From Candidatus Eiseniibacteriota bacterium (GTDB lineage Bacteria > Eisenbacteria > RBG-16-71-46 > CAVPCR01): 64,000 bases of DNA. The position numbers were made by a program, and so were the translations under genes. Below the pieces are notes generated by a model. It was not told the origin of the DNA. It ran no database searches and was given only the letters and a program-made list of their open reading frames with translations. The DNA lies in NCBI GenBank assembly GCA_963702435.1, contig CAVPCR010000004.1:416001-480000 (forward strand). Direction: 5' to 3'. Below are positions 53,071 to 62,299 of the stretch, one piece after another (positions within the stretch are counted from its first letter, which is position 1; each line of letters begins with the position of its first letter).

Positions 53071-56000
53071 GTGATCGAGAACATGCCGCCGCGGGATCTG
53101 AGCCAGGCCGAGTTCGCGCTCGGCGGGGCGGAGTCCGATCCCGGGCCGCCTCCCTCCTGGATCACCGAGCCCGCGAACGAGGAGGCGATCGCGAGCGCGC
53201 TCGCCGAGCTCGATCCCGAGCAGCAGGCGGCGGTCACGCACGGCGAGGGGCCGCTCCTCATCGTCGCCGGCGCCGGCACCGGGAAGACGCGCGTCATCGC
53301 GCACCGCATCGCCTATCTCATCGCCGCCAGGAAGGCGGAGCCGTCCGAGATCCTCGCGCTCACCTTCACCGAGCGCGCCGCGGCGGAGATGGAGGCGCGG
53401 GTCGATCTCCTCGTCCCCTACGGTTACACGGACATGTGGATCTCGACCTTCCACGCCTTCGGCGACCGCATCTACCGCGAGTACGCGCTCGAGATGGGGC
53501 TCTCCGACGCGGCGGTCGTTCTGAACGAGGCGGAGCGGCTCGTCTTCTTCCGCGAGCGGCTCTTCCGCCTCCCGCTCCGGCGCCTCCTTCCGCTCGGGAA
53601 TCCGGTGCGCCACCTGGCGGCGCTGTTGCGCGTCGTCGCGCGCGCGAAGGACGAGGGCGTGACGCCCGAACGCTACGTCGAGCACGCGCGCGCCGAGCTT
53701 GCGGCGGCGGAGGCGACCGCCGGCGCGGTCGATGATCTCGATGCGCGCGCCCGCGTCGCCGCGGCGCGCCGCCAGCTCGAGATCGCCGAGACCTACCGGG
53801 TGATGGACGAGGAGCTGCACGCGGCGGATCGCATCGACTTCGGCGATCAGCTCCTCCTCGCGCTCCGCCTCCTCCGCGAGCAGGAGCACGTCCTCGCCCA
53901 GGTGCGCCGCCGCTTCCGCTACATCCTGGTCGACGAGTTCCAGGACACGAACGTGGTCCAGTTCGAGCTCCTGAAGCTCCTCGCCGGAGAGGCGGCCGAA
54001 CCTGACGGTGGTCGGGGATGACGATCAGTCGATCTACAAGTTCCGCGGCGCCGCGATCGGCAACATCCTCGGGTTCACCGCGGCCTATCCGGAGCGCGCG
54101 CGCGTCGTCCTCACCCGCTCGTATCGCTCCGGACAGACCATCCTCGATGCGGCCCACCGCCTGATCCAGCACAACAATCCCGATCGGCTCGAGGTGCAGG
54201 AGAAGATCGACAAGCGCTTGCGCTCGATGACGGCCGCGCCGGGCGCGATCGAGGAGCACCGCTTCGACATCCTTCCCGCCGAGGCCGACTACGTATGCGA
54301 GCGGATCCGCGCGCTCGTCGCCACGGGCGGCCGCGCCTACCGCGACATCGCGGTCCTCGTGCGCTCGAATCGCGACGCCGAGCCGTTCCTGACCGCGCTC
54401 CAGGCCGCCGGCATCCCGCATCAGTTCTCGGGCTCGCGCGGCCTCTTCCAGCGCGAGGAGGTGCGGACGGCGATCGCCTTCCTCCGTGCGGTGGCGCGGC
54501 CGGCCGAGTCGCAGAGCCTCTACGCGCTCGCCGCGTCGCCCGTGTACCGGGTGCCGATGGCCGACCTCGCGACCCTCGCCGATCTCGCCCGCGAGAAGCG
54601 GCGGCCGCTCCTGTGGGCGTTCCGGCGCGCGGCGGAGGCGGCGGCGGAGGCGGCGGCGGGGGCCGGCCCGGGAGCAGCGGAGATCGCCATCGAGGGCGCG
54701 GAGCCGCTCTCGGCGGCGGGGCTCATCGAGATCGCGCGCCTCACGGCCGATCTCGAGCGGGCCCGCGAGCGCTCGCGCTCGCTCACGACCGGGAGCCTCC
54801 TCTACGAGTTCCTGACCGACTCGGGCTACCTGGCCGAGCTGACGGCGGCCGAGACGCTCGAAGCGGAGGAGCGGATCCGGAACCTCTCCCGTTTCTTCAC
54901 CCAGATCACCCGCTACCAGGAGATCGCGGTCGCCGATCGCGTGCACGCCTTCGTCGATCACCTCGAGCTCCTGGTCGAGGCGGGGGAGGATCCACAGGCG
55001 GTCGAGCCCGATCCGGATCTCGACCAGGTGCGCATCCTCACCGTGCATCGGGCCAAGGGGCTCGAGTTCCCGGTGGTCTTCGTCGTGAACCTCGTCAGCC
55101 AGAAGTTTCCGACGCAGAAGCGGACCGACCCCCTCGAGCTGCCGGCGGCGCTCTACCAGGAGCCGATGGCGAGCGGCGATTACCACATGGCCGAGGAGCG
55201 GCGGCTCTTCTACGTGGCGCTGACGCGCGCCAGGGACCTCCTCGTCCTGACCAGCGCGGCGGATCACGGGGGCCAGAGGCTGCGGAAGACGAGCCAGTTC
55301 GTGCTCGAGGCGCTCGATCTGCCCGCTGCGGCCGCGCAGTCGACCGGAGCGGCGGCGGCGCTCGCCGCCTTCGGCCGGCACGCGGGAGCGCCGGCGCCGG
55401 CCACCGCGCCGCCGCGCGCCATCGGCCCGGACGAGGTGATCCGGCTCTCGTGGACACAGGTGGACGCCTACCGCGAGTGCCCGCTCCGCTACAAGTACGC
55501 CTATCTGCTCAAGGCGCCGGCGATCCCGCACCACAGCCAGAACTACGGGAAGGCGCTGCACGCCGCGATTGCCGAGCTCCTTCGCGGGAAGATGCGGGGG
55601 GTGGCGCTCTCCCTCGCGGAGGTTCTCGAGGTGTTCCGCAAGAACTGGCGGAGCGAGGGGTTCCTGAGCCGCGAACACGAGGAGCGGCGGCTCGCGGCCG
55701 GCATCCGCACGCTCGAGCGGTTCCACGAAGAGGAGACTGCCGCGCCGGCCATCCCCGCGCAGGTCGAGAAGCAGTTCTCGTTCCAGCTCGGGAAGGTGGA
55801 GGTGATCGGACGCTTCGACCGCGTGGATCTCGACCCCGAGGGGGCGACCGTCTTCGACTACAAGACGAGCGAGATCGAGGACGCCGCCGCCGCGGCGCGG
55901 CGGGCTGAGGGGAGCGACCAGCTCCGGCTCTATGCGCTCGCCTACCGGGCGCAGGCGGGCGTCCTGCCGCGGGCGCTCGAGCTCCGCTTCGTGGAGTCGG

Positions 56001-56167
56001 GTCTCCGCGGGCGGGTCGAGCCGGAGGATGCGGATGCGGATCGCGCCGCCGAGCTGGTGGCCGCCGCCGAGGCGGGGATCCGGGCCGGGGACTTCACGGC
56101 GCATCCGTCCCCGCACACCTGTGCGCTCTGCGCCTTCAACCGGATCTGCCCGCAGGCGGACCTGTAG
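53071..56167 (+). CDS. UvrD/PcrA-like helicase with C-terminal PD-(D/E)XK nuclease; apparent +1 frameshift near 53991
   Basis: AGAGTGKT, LTFT, VDEFQD, then NLTVVGDDDQSIYKFRGA, TVHRAKGLEF, EERRLFYVALTRA, CPLRY, GRFDRVD..DYKT, QLRLYA, CALCAFNRICP. Confidence 0.9.
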
Positions 56168-56182
56168 CGAGAGGACGGTCGG

Positions 56183-57772
56183 ATGTCGCGGATCGTGCGC
56201 AATGCCTCGGCGGTCGGCGCCGCCTTCGCCACCAACACGGTCCTCTCGTTCCTGCAGATCAAGCTCCTCACGCGCTACCTGACCCAGAGCGCGCTTGGCG
56301 AGTACTCGGCGACCTATGCGATCGGGGCGATCGTCTCGGTCGTGGCGGCGCTCGGGCTGCCGACCGTCGTCCTCCGCTACACTGCCAAGTACGATGCGCT
56401 CGGCGCATTCGCGCGCATCCGCCGCCTGTTGACGCTCGCCTGGGGCCTCACGCTCGTCCTCGCAATCCTTCTCCTCATCGTCGTCGCCCGCCTCGCGCCG
56501 GTGGTCCTGCCCCGCCTCTACACCGCCCCGCCGGCGGCGGTGAACGTGGTGCTCGCCACCGCCGTCTTCGTCGCCATGGGGCTCCGCCAGATCACCTACT
56601 CGGGGTTCGACGGGCTCCGGCGGATGAGCTACCCGGCGGCGCTCGAGAACCTGAACGTCGGCGCCGTCACCATCGGGATCATCGTGTTCCGGGACCGGCT
56701 CACGGTGCCGCTCCTCCTCGGGATGAGCCTCGTCTCGGGCCTCGCCGTCTTCGCGTTCGCGACCGCGCTCCTCTGGCGCGTCCTCCCCGCGGCGGGCGCG
56801 CCGGCGGCGCGCGGCGCGGCCGGCACCGCGGCGCACGGCGCGCCGGGCCCCGCGGCGCCCCTCCCGCCGCTCCTCGCCGACATCACGCCCTTCTGGTGGG
56901 GCGCCGCCCTGAACGGGGTCATCGGCATCGGCTTCGGCTATGCCGACAAGCTCCTCGTGAGCCTCTTCCTCTCCTTCGCCCTGGTCTCGATCTTCTTCAT
57001 CGCCGAGCGCGTGACGTTTCTCCTGAAGCGCCTCCTCGCGGTGCCCCTCCAGGTCGCCGCCCCGGAGATCACGCGGCGCTGGGAGCTCGGCCGCCGCGAG
57101 GAGCTGCGGCACGACGTGGGGTTCCTCATCAAGGTCCAGCTCGCGGTGGCGATCCTCTTCGCCGCACTCGTCGCTGCGGCGGCCGAAGTCGCCGTGCTCG
57201 TCGTGTCCGACTCGTCCTTCCTGGCCGCGGCCGGGCTCTTGCGCGTGCTCACGGTCTCGGTCGTGTTGATGGCCGCCTACGCGCCGATCACGACCCTGCT
57301 CCGCGCGATCGACCGCATCGGGCTCGCCCTCGTCTCGGACGTGATCTGGCTCGGGTGCTATGTCGGGATCGGGATCGCGCTCATGCCCGGGCTCGGGCTC
57401 CGCGGGATAGTCCTCGCGCACCTCGCCGCCTCTGCGGTCACCACGGTGTGGAATGCGGTCGCCGGCGACCGCGCGGCACGGATCGCCTGGGACTGGGGCG
57501 GGCTCGGACGGGTGCTTGCGATCGGCCTCGTGGTCGGCGTTCCCGGCTACGCGGCGGCGCGGCTCATCGCACCGGCGCATCCCGCCGCCGAGATCGCGCT
57601 CGCCCTCGGCGTGCTCGTCGCCTACAACGTCCTGCTCCCGCTCGGCGGCGCGCTCACGGTGGCGGATCGCCGCCGCTTCGCCGAGCTCGCCGGCCAGGGG
57701 CGCGTCGCCCGCGCGATCGACGCACTCCTCTTCTGGCCGCTCCGCCTCCGCGACCGCGCTGCCGCGCGTTGA
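56183..57772 (+). CDS. Oligosaccharide flippase (Wzx/MOP family)
   Basis: IVRNAS...LTRYL...LGEYS...LGLP, YADKLLV, 12-14 hydrophobic segments. Confidence 0.82.
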   Translation: MSRIVRNASAVGAAFATNTVLSFLQIKLLTRYLTQSALGEYSATYAIGAIVSVVAALGLPTVVLRYTAKYDALGAFARIRRLLTLAWGLTLVLAILLLIVVARLAPVVLPRLYTAPPAAVNVVLATAVFVAMGLRQITYSGFDGLRRMSYPAALENLNVGAVTIGIIVFRDRLTVPLLLGMSLVSGLAVFAFATALLWRVLPAAGAPAARGAAGTAAHGAPGPAAPLPPLLADITPFWWGAALNGVIGIGFGYADKLLVSLFLSFALVSIFFIAERVTFLLKRLLAVPLQVAAPEITRRWELGRREELRHDVGFLIKVQLAVAILFAALVAAAAEVAVLVVSDSSFLAAAGLLRVLTVSVVLMAAYAPITTLLRAIDRIGLALVSDVIWLGCYVGIGIALMPGLGLRGIVLAHLAASAVTTVWNAVAGDRAARIAWDWGGLGRVLAIGLVVGVPGYAAARLIAPAHPAAEIALALGVLVAYNVLLPLGGALTVADRRRFAELAGQGRVARAIDALLFWPLRLRDRAAAR

Positions 57773-57806
57773 CCCTCCTCCCGCGCGCGTGCTAGCGTGC
57801 GCGCCG

Positions 57807-58550
57807 ATGACGGCCATGATCGAGGCGCGCGCACTCACCAAGATCTTCCCCGGCGGCAAGTCGGGCCCGGTGCGCGCCGTGGACGAGGTGTCCTTCGCGG
57901 CGGACGGCGGGCAGGTGTTCGGCCTCCTCGGACTGAACGGGGCGGGGAAGACAACCACTCTCCGCATGCTCGCGACCGTGCTCAAGCCGACGAGCGGCAC
58001 GGCGACGATCGCCGGCTACGACATCGCCACGGCCGGCGACCAGGTGCGCCAGCGCATGGGCTATCTGTCGGGCGACACCCGTCTCTACGACCGGCTGACC
58101 GTGCGCGAGGTGCTCATCTACTTCGGGCAGCTCGAGGGGCTCGCCGCCGGGGAGGCCGCGCGCAAGGCCGACATCCTGATCCAGCGCTTCGCCCTCGGCC
58201 CCTTCGCCGGACGCCGCGTGGGCCAGCTCTCGACCGGACTCAAGCAGCGGGTGAACCTGGCGCGCGCGCTCATCTACGACCCGCCGGTCCTCATTCTCGA
58301 CGAGCCGACCGCCGGGCTCGACGTGCTCGGCGCGCGCGAGGTCGGGGGACTGATCCGGGAAGTGCGGGACGAGGGGCGGTGCGTCCTCTTCTCGACCCAC
58401 GTCATGCACGAGGCGGCCCGCCTCTGCGACCGAGTCGCCATCATCCATCGCGGGCGGATCCTCGCCCAGGGCGCGCCCGCGGATCTCGCCGCCGGCCACG
58501 AGGACCTGGAGGAGGCCTTCGCCACCATGGTGGCCGAGGTGAACCACTGA
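57807..58550 (+). CDS. ABC transporter ATP-binding protein (NatA-like)
   Basis: [28 protein letters not shown]. Confidence 0.9.
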   Translation: MTAMIEARALTKIFPGGKSGPVRAVDEVSFAADGGQVFGLLGLNGAGKTTTLRMLATVLKPTSGTATIAGYDIATAGDQVRQRMGYLSGDTRLYDRLTVREVLIYFGQLEGLAAGEAARKADILIQRFALGPFAGRRVGQLSTGLKQRVNLARALIYDPPVLILDEPTAGLDVLGAREVGGLIREVRDEGRCVLFSTHVMHEAARLCDRVAIIHRGRILAQGAPADLAAGHEDLEEAFATMVAEVNH

Positions 58551-58571
58551 GTGACCGAGGTGAACCACTGA
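58530..58571 (+). repeat. 21-bp tandem duplication of the gene end
   Basis: gtggccgaggtgaaccactga followed by gtgaccgaggtgaaccactga. Confidence 0.9.
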
Positions 58572-58695
58572 CGGCGAGAGCTTAAGCCGCCGCGCGCCGC
58601 GCCGTGCTATCCTCGGCCGCGGCCCGCCTGAACCGCCGGGAAGCGTCGCCGCGTCTTCCCCGCCGCGTCTCCCTCGCGAGGAAGAGAACGACACC

Positions 58696-59877
58696 GTGCG
58701 CCGAACCTGGATCGTCGCCCGCAAGGAGCTCCTCGACACGCTCCGCGATTCGCGGACGCTTCTCCTCGCGTTCGTCCTGCCGCTCGTCCTCTATCCGATC
58801 GTCTTCATCACGATCGGCCAGGTCCAGCGCGCCAACGAGGCGCGCAGCAAGGAGACCACGCTCCGCGTCGGCATCGCCGGGGCGGAGCATGCGCCGCACC
58901 TCCCGGCCGTGTTCACCGAGCGCGGCAAGCTCGATGCTTTTCCCGTCGATCTCGGTCCCTCGGCGATCAAGAAGGGGTTCCTCGACGCGCTCATCGTCGT
59001 GCCGCCGGCCTACGAGCAGGCCGTGGTCGTGGGCGCTCCGGCGACCATCCGGATCTTCTACGATGAGACGAATGCGCCCTCGCGCCGCGCCAAGGTCCAG
59101 GTGGAGGCGGCTCTCGCCCGCTATCGCGAGGCGCTCCTGCGCGGGGAGCTCGACCGGCTCGGCGGGCAGGGCGGGGCCGTGGACGCCGCCAAGATCCGCG
59201 CCGAGAACGTGGCCTCGGCCCAGGAGATGGGCTCCTACATCCTGGGCTCGCTGGTGCCCTACCTGCTCGTGCTCCTCATCGCCTCGGCCGCCTCGCATAC
59301 CGCGATCGACACCACCGCCGGCGAGAAGGAGCGGAGCACGCTCGAGACCATCCTCGTGAGCGCGGCGACCCGCAGCGACCTCCTCCTCGGCAAGTTCATG
59401 GCCACCGCGGCCACCGCGGCAGCGGCCGGGGTGATGGGCTTGACCGGGCTCACGCTCACGCTCTCGCTCCCGCTCACCGCGCGGTCGATGGCCGAAGATC
59501 AGGTCATCATGCCCCTGTGGGCGATCGGCGTCCTCCTCGCCATGATCGTGCCGGTCGCCTTTCTCATGAGCGCGACGCTCATCGCCTTCGGCTGCTTCGC
59601 GCGGAGCGCGCGCGAGGGGCAGACCTTCGCCACCTACTTCATCATGTGCGTCGCCATCCTCGCCGTGCTCTCGGTGGCGAGCGAGGTCCAGCCGAAGCTC
59701 CAGATGTACCTCCTGCCGATCGTCGGCACGACCCAGGTGCAGCGGGAGATCCTGGCCGGACAGGCCGAGCCGTTGCACGTGCTCCTCGCCGTGGCCGGCA
59801 CCTTCCTCGTCGGATTGCTCGGTCTCGTCGTGGCCATGCGTCTCTTCGCCAACGAGCGGGTCATGTTCCGCCAATGA
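58696..59877 (+). CDS. ABC-2 permease (NatB-like)
   Basis: ARKELLDTLRDSRTL, AIDTTAGEKERSTLETIL, LLLGKF. Confidence 0.88.
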   Translation: MRRTWIVARKELLDTLRDSRTLLLAFVLPLVLYPIVFITIGQVQRANEARSKETTLRVGIAGAEHAPHLPAVFTERGKLDAFPVDLGPSAIKKGFLDALIVVPPAYEQAVVVGAPATIRIFYDETNAPSRRAKVQVEAALARYREALLRGELDRLGGQGGAVDAAKIRAENVASAQEMGSYILGSLVPYLLVLLIASAASHTAIDTTAGEKERSTLETILVSAATRSDLLLGKFMATAATAAAAGVMGLTGLTLTLSLPLTARSMAEDQVIMPLWAIGVLLAMIVPVAFLMSATLIAFGCFARSAREGQTFATYFIMCVAILAVLSVASEVQPKLQMYLLPIVGTTQVQREILAGQAEPLHVLLAVAGTFLVGLLGLVVAMRLFANERVMFRQ

Positions 59878-60371
59878 GAGCGCGGCGTCCGACCGGGCAT
59901 AGATCACGTGGGGGGCGCTTCCGGACCTCGATCCTCCTCGCTGCGGCCGCCGCCCTGGGTATCGCCTGCAGCCCGGTGACCGAGATCTCGGCCCCGCTCA
60001 TCACGCTCGACGAGGTGGAGGTGCGGAGCTTCTCCGGCGGTATCGCCGACCTGAGCCTCGTCCTCACGCTCATCAATCAGAACAACTTCGAGATCACGCT
60101 CGTCGAGCTGGCCGGCTCGCTCTCTCTCGACGAGGAAGCGGTGGGCCCGGTCCGCTGGACGGGAGAGTTCGACTGCGCGAAGCAGGATACGACCGCCATG
60201 CGCGTCCCCGTGCGCCTCACCGTGGGCGCCGAGAGCGAGATCTTTCGAGCGCTGATCGATCGCCGCCCGCTCCGCGAGGCCGTGACGGGCGAGGTCACGA
60301 TCGCGCGCGGCGTCATCCGGCGTACGTACCCGGTCACCCTCACGCGCCGGCTCGGAGACGTGGGGAGGTGA
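59874..60371 (+). CDS. LEA_2 / WHy-domain lipoprotein
   Basis: ATGA overlap, LGIA-C lipobox, LTLINQNNFEITL pattern. Confidence 0.7.
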   Translation: MRARRPTGHRSRGGRFRTSILLAAAAALGIACSPVTEISAPLITLDEVEVRSFSGGIADLSLVLTLINQNNFEITLVELAGSLSLDEEAVGPVRWTGEFDCAKQDTTAMRVPVRLTVGAESEIFRALIDRRPLREAVTGEVTIARGVIRRTYPVTLTRRLGDVGR

Positions 60372-60377
60372 GCTGCC

Positions 60378-61571
60378 ATCTACGAGGTCAAGCAGGAGAG
60401 TAGCAAGCGCGAGCGCGCGCTCCTGGTCGGGGTCGCTGCCGGAGGGCTGCGCGGCGACTGGAAGGAGTCGCTCGAGGAGCTGGCGGCGCTCGCCGACACC
60501 GCCGGCGCTCGCGTGGTCGAATCGGTCGTCCAGCCGCACGGCCGCATGAATCCCGCCACCCTCGTCACCCGCGGCAAGGTCGACGAGATCAGGGCCAAGG
60601 CGGCCGGCGCCGGCGCCGACCTCATCGTCTTCGATCTCGACCTCACCCCCGCCCAGCTCCGGAATCTGGAACGGGCCACCGGGCGCAAGATCGTCGACCG
60701 CTCGGAGATCATCCTCGACATCTTCGCGGCCCGCGCCCGCACGCGTGAGGCGCGCATCCAGGTCGAGCTCGCGCAGCTCCAGTACATGCTGCCGCGGCTC
60801 ACCCGCATGTGGCATCACCTGTCGCGTCTCGGCGGCGGGATCGGCACCCGCGGCCCCGGCGAGACCCAGCTCGAGGTCGACCGCCGGCGCGTGCGCCAGA
60901 AGATCGCGCTCCTCAAGCAGAAGCTCGGTGACATCCAGAAGGAGCGCATGGTGCAACGCCGCCGCCGCCGGAAGGAGTTCCGCGCCGCGCTCGTCGGCTA
61001 CACGAACGCCGGGAAGTCGACTCTCTTCAACGTGCTGACCCGGGCCGACGTCTTCACCGAGAACCGGCTCTTCGCCACCCTCGACGCCACGACCCGCCAG
61101 CTCGTCCTGCCCGGACGGGAGCTCGTGCTCCTGTCCGACACGGTCGGCTTCATCCGCAACCTGCCCCATCATCTCATCGCCTCCTTCCGCGCCACGCTCG
61201 AGGAGGTGACCGATGCCGATCTCCTGGTCCACGTCGTGGATGCGACGAGCGCCTATGTCATGCAGCACATCGCCGCCGTGCACACGGTGCTCGATGACCT
61301 GGGCTGCATGGCCAAGCCGCGCCTCCTCGTCTTCAACAAGATCGACCTGATGCCCCCCGACGACATCCGCCTCCTCGGGCTCCGGGCCTCTCACCCGGCC
61401 TCGATCGCCCTCTCGAGCCACACGCGAGAGAACGTGAGCGGGCTCCTCGATCGACTCCGGCTCGCGCACGCCGAGCACGGGGCCGCCCGGCGCCCCGGCC
61501 GGGGGGCACCCGGGTGGCAGGAGCAGGAGGACGAGGGTGTCGGGCCGGCGCCAGAGCTGCCGGGATCGTGA
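60378..61571 (+). CDS. hflX: Ribosome-splitting GTPase HflX, probable ATC start
   Basis: ERALLVG, SLEELAALADTAG, GTRGPGETQLEVDRR, GYTNAGKS, LFATLD, DTVGFI, NKID. Confidence 0.93.
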   Translation: MYEVKQESSKRERALLVGVAAGGLRGDWKESLEELAALADTAGARVVESVVQPHGRMNPATLVTRGKVDEIRAKAAGAGADLIVFDLDLTPAQLRNLERATGRKIVDRSEIILDIFAARARTREARIQVELAQLQYMLPRLTRMWHHLSRLGGGIGTRGPGETQLEVDRRRVRQKIALLKQKLGDIQKERMVQRRRRRKEFRAALVGYTNAGKSTLFNVLTRADVFTENRLFATLDATTRQLVLPGRELVLLSDTVGFIRNLPHHLIASFRATLEEVTDADLLVHVVDATSAYVMQHIAAVHTVLDDLGCMAKPRLLVFNKIDLMPPDDIRLLGLRASHPASIALSSHTRENVSGLLDRLRLAHAEHGAARRPGRGAPGWQEQEDEGVGPAPELPGS

Positions 61572-61679
61572 TCGGGTCGATCGTTGGAGGGGTCGTGCCG
61601 GCCCGAGTGAAGTCCCTGTCCCGGCGCGACGGATCCGCTCACCGGGGGCAGTTTGTGGCGTCCGCATGCGCTTTTTCGC

Positions 61680-61708
61680 TTGTGAGCAGCGTCCGGCACT
61701 GCTACAGT
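61680..61708 (+). promoter_or_regulatory. Candidate sigma-70 promoter
   Basis: TTGTGA-N17-TACAGT. Confidence 0.5.
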
Positions 61709-61714
61709 CCGGGC

Positions 61715-61842
61715 AAGATGCTGTGATTGCGTGCTTTCCAGCGCGCCACGCACCAAGAGGTGTCTCGCGGACGTGCCCCGAACCAACAGTCCGCGACCAG
61801 AGGGCCTCCTTGCTCTTGCGAGCGGGAGGCCCTCACTTTTTT
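61715..61842 (+). ncRNA. Candidate structured small RNA
   Basis: Lies between the promoter and a terminator; stems tgcgtg/cacgca and tcgcggac/gtccgcga; no convincing ORF. Confidence 0.4.
61800..61842 (+). terminator. Intrinsic terminator
   Basis: gagggcctccttgctc-ttgc-gagcgggaggccctc followed by ac and a T run. Confidence 0.75.
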
Positions 61843-62299
61843 CCGAATGCCCCTTGGGGCGCCAGGGGTGGCGGCGGGCTCCTTCGCGGCGGCAACGGGC
61901 CGGCGGCCGGCCGGGCAGCGATCCCAGTTGACGAGGGGCGCCCTTCACGCTATCATTGATCTGTTGGATCGCATGTTCCGACAATGGCTTGCGGTCCATC
62001 GCCCCCGGGCCAGGCCGATCGATACCGCCTCTCAGGCCGGTTCCTGCCGCACGTCTCGCTGTTCGACCCGATCTCGTGAAATCGCTGAAACCGCGTGCGG
62101 TGCGGTTGTGTCCGGGCGGCAAACGGCTTGACGTGACGATCCCGACACGGCGGGTTCGCGAGGGGAGCGGCGCGGCCCGGGGGCAGCTCGATCCGGCCGG
62201 CGCGCCGGCGAGGAACTCGCACGCTGCGCCATCGCGGCGCGTGTGGTGGGCAAGGATGAGCCCGCGGAAAGGCGCGGACTCGGAAAGAGGAGCGGGTCA

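Noticed and set aside
53366..58000. 1544-aa minus-strand ORF and other long antisense ORFs (e.g. 23219-25684, 36907-39216, 62297-63904)
   Set aside because: They are shadows of well-supported genes on the opposite strand in high-GC DNA and contain no motifs.
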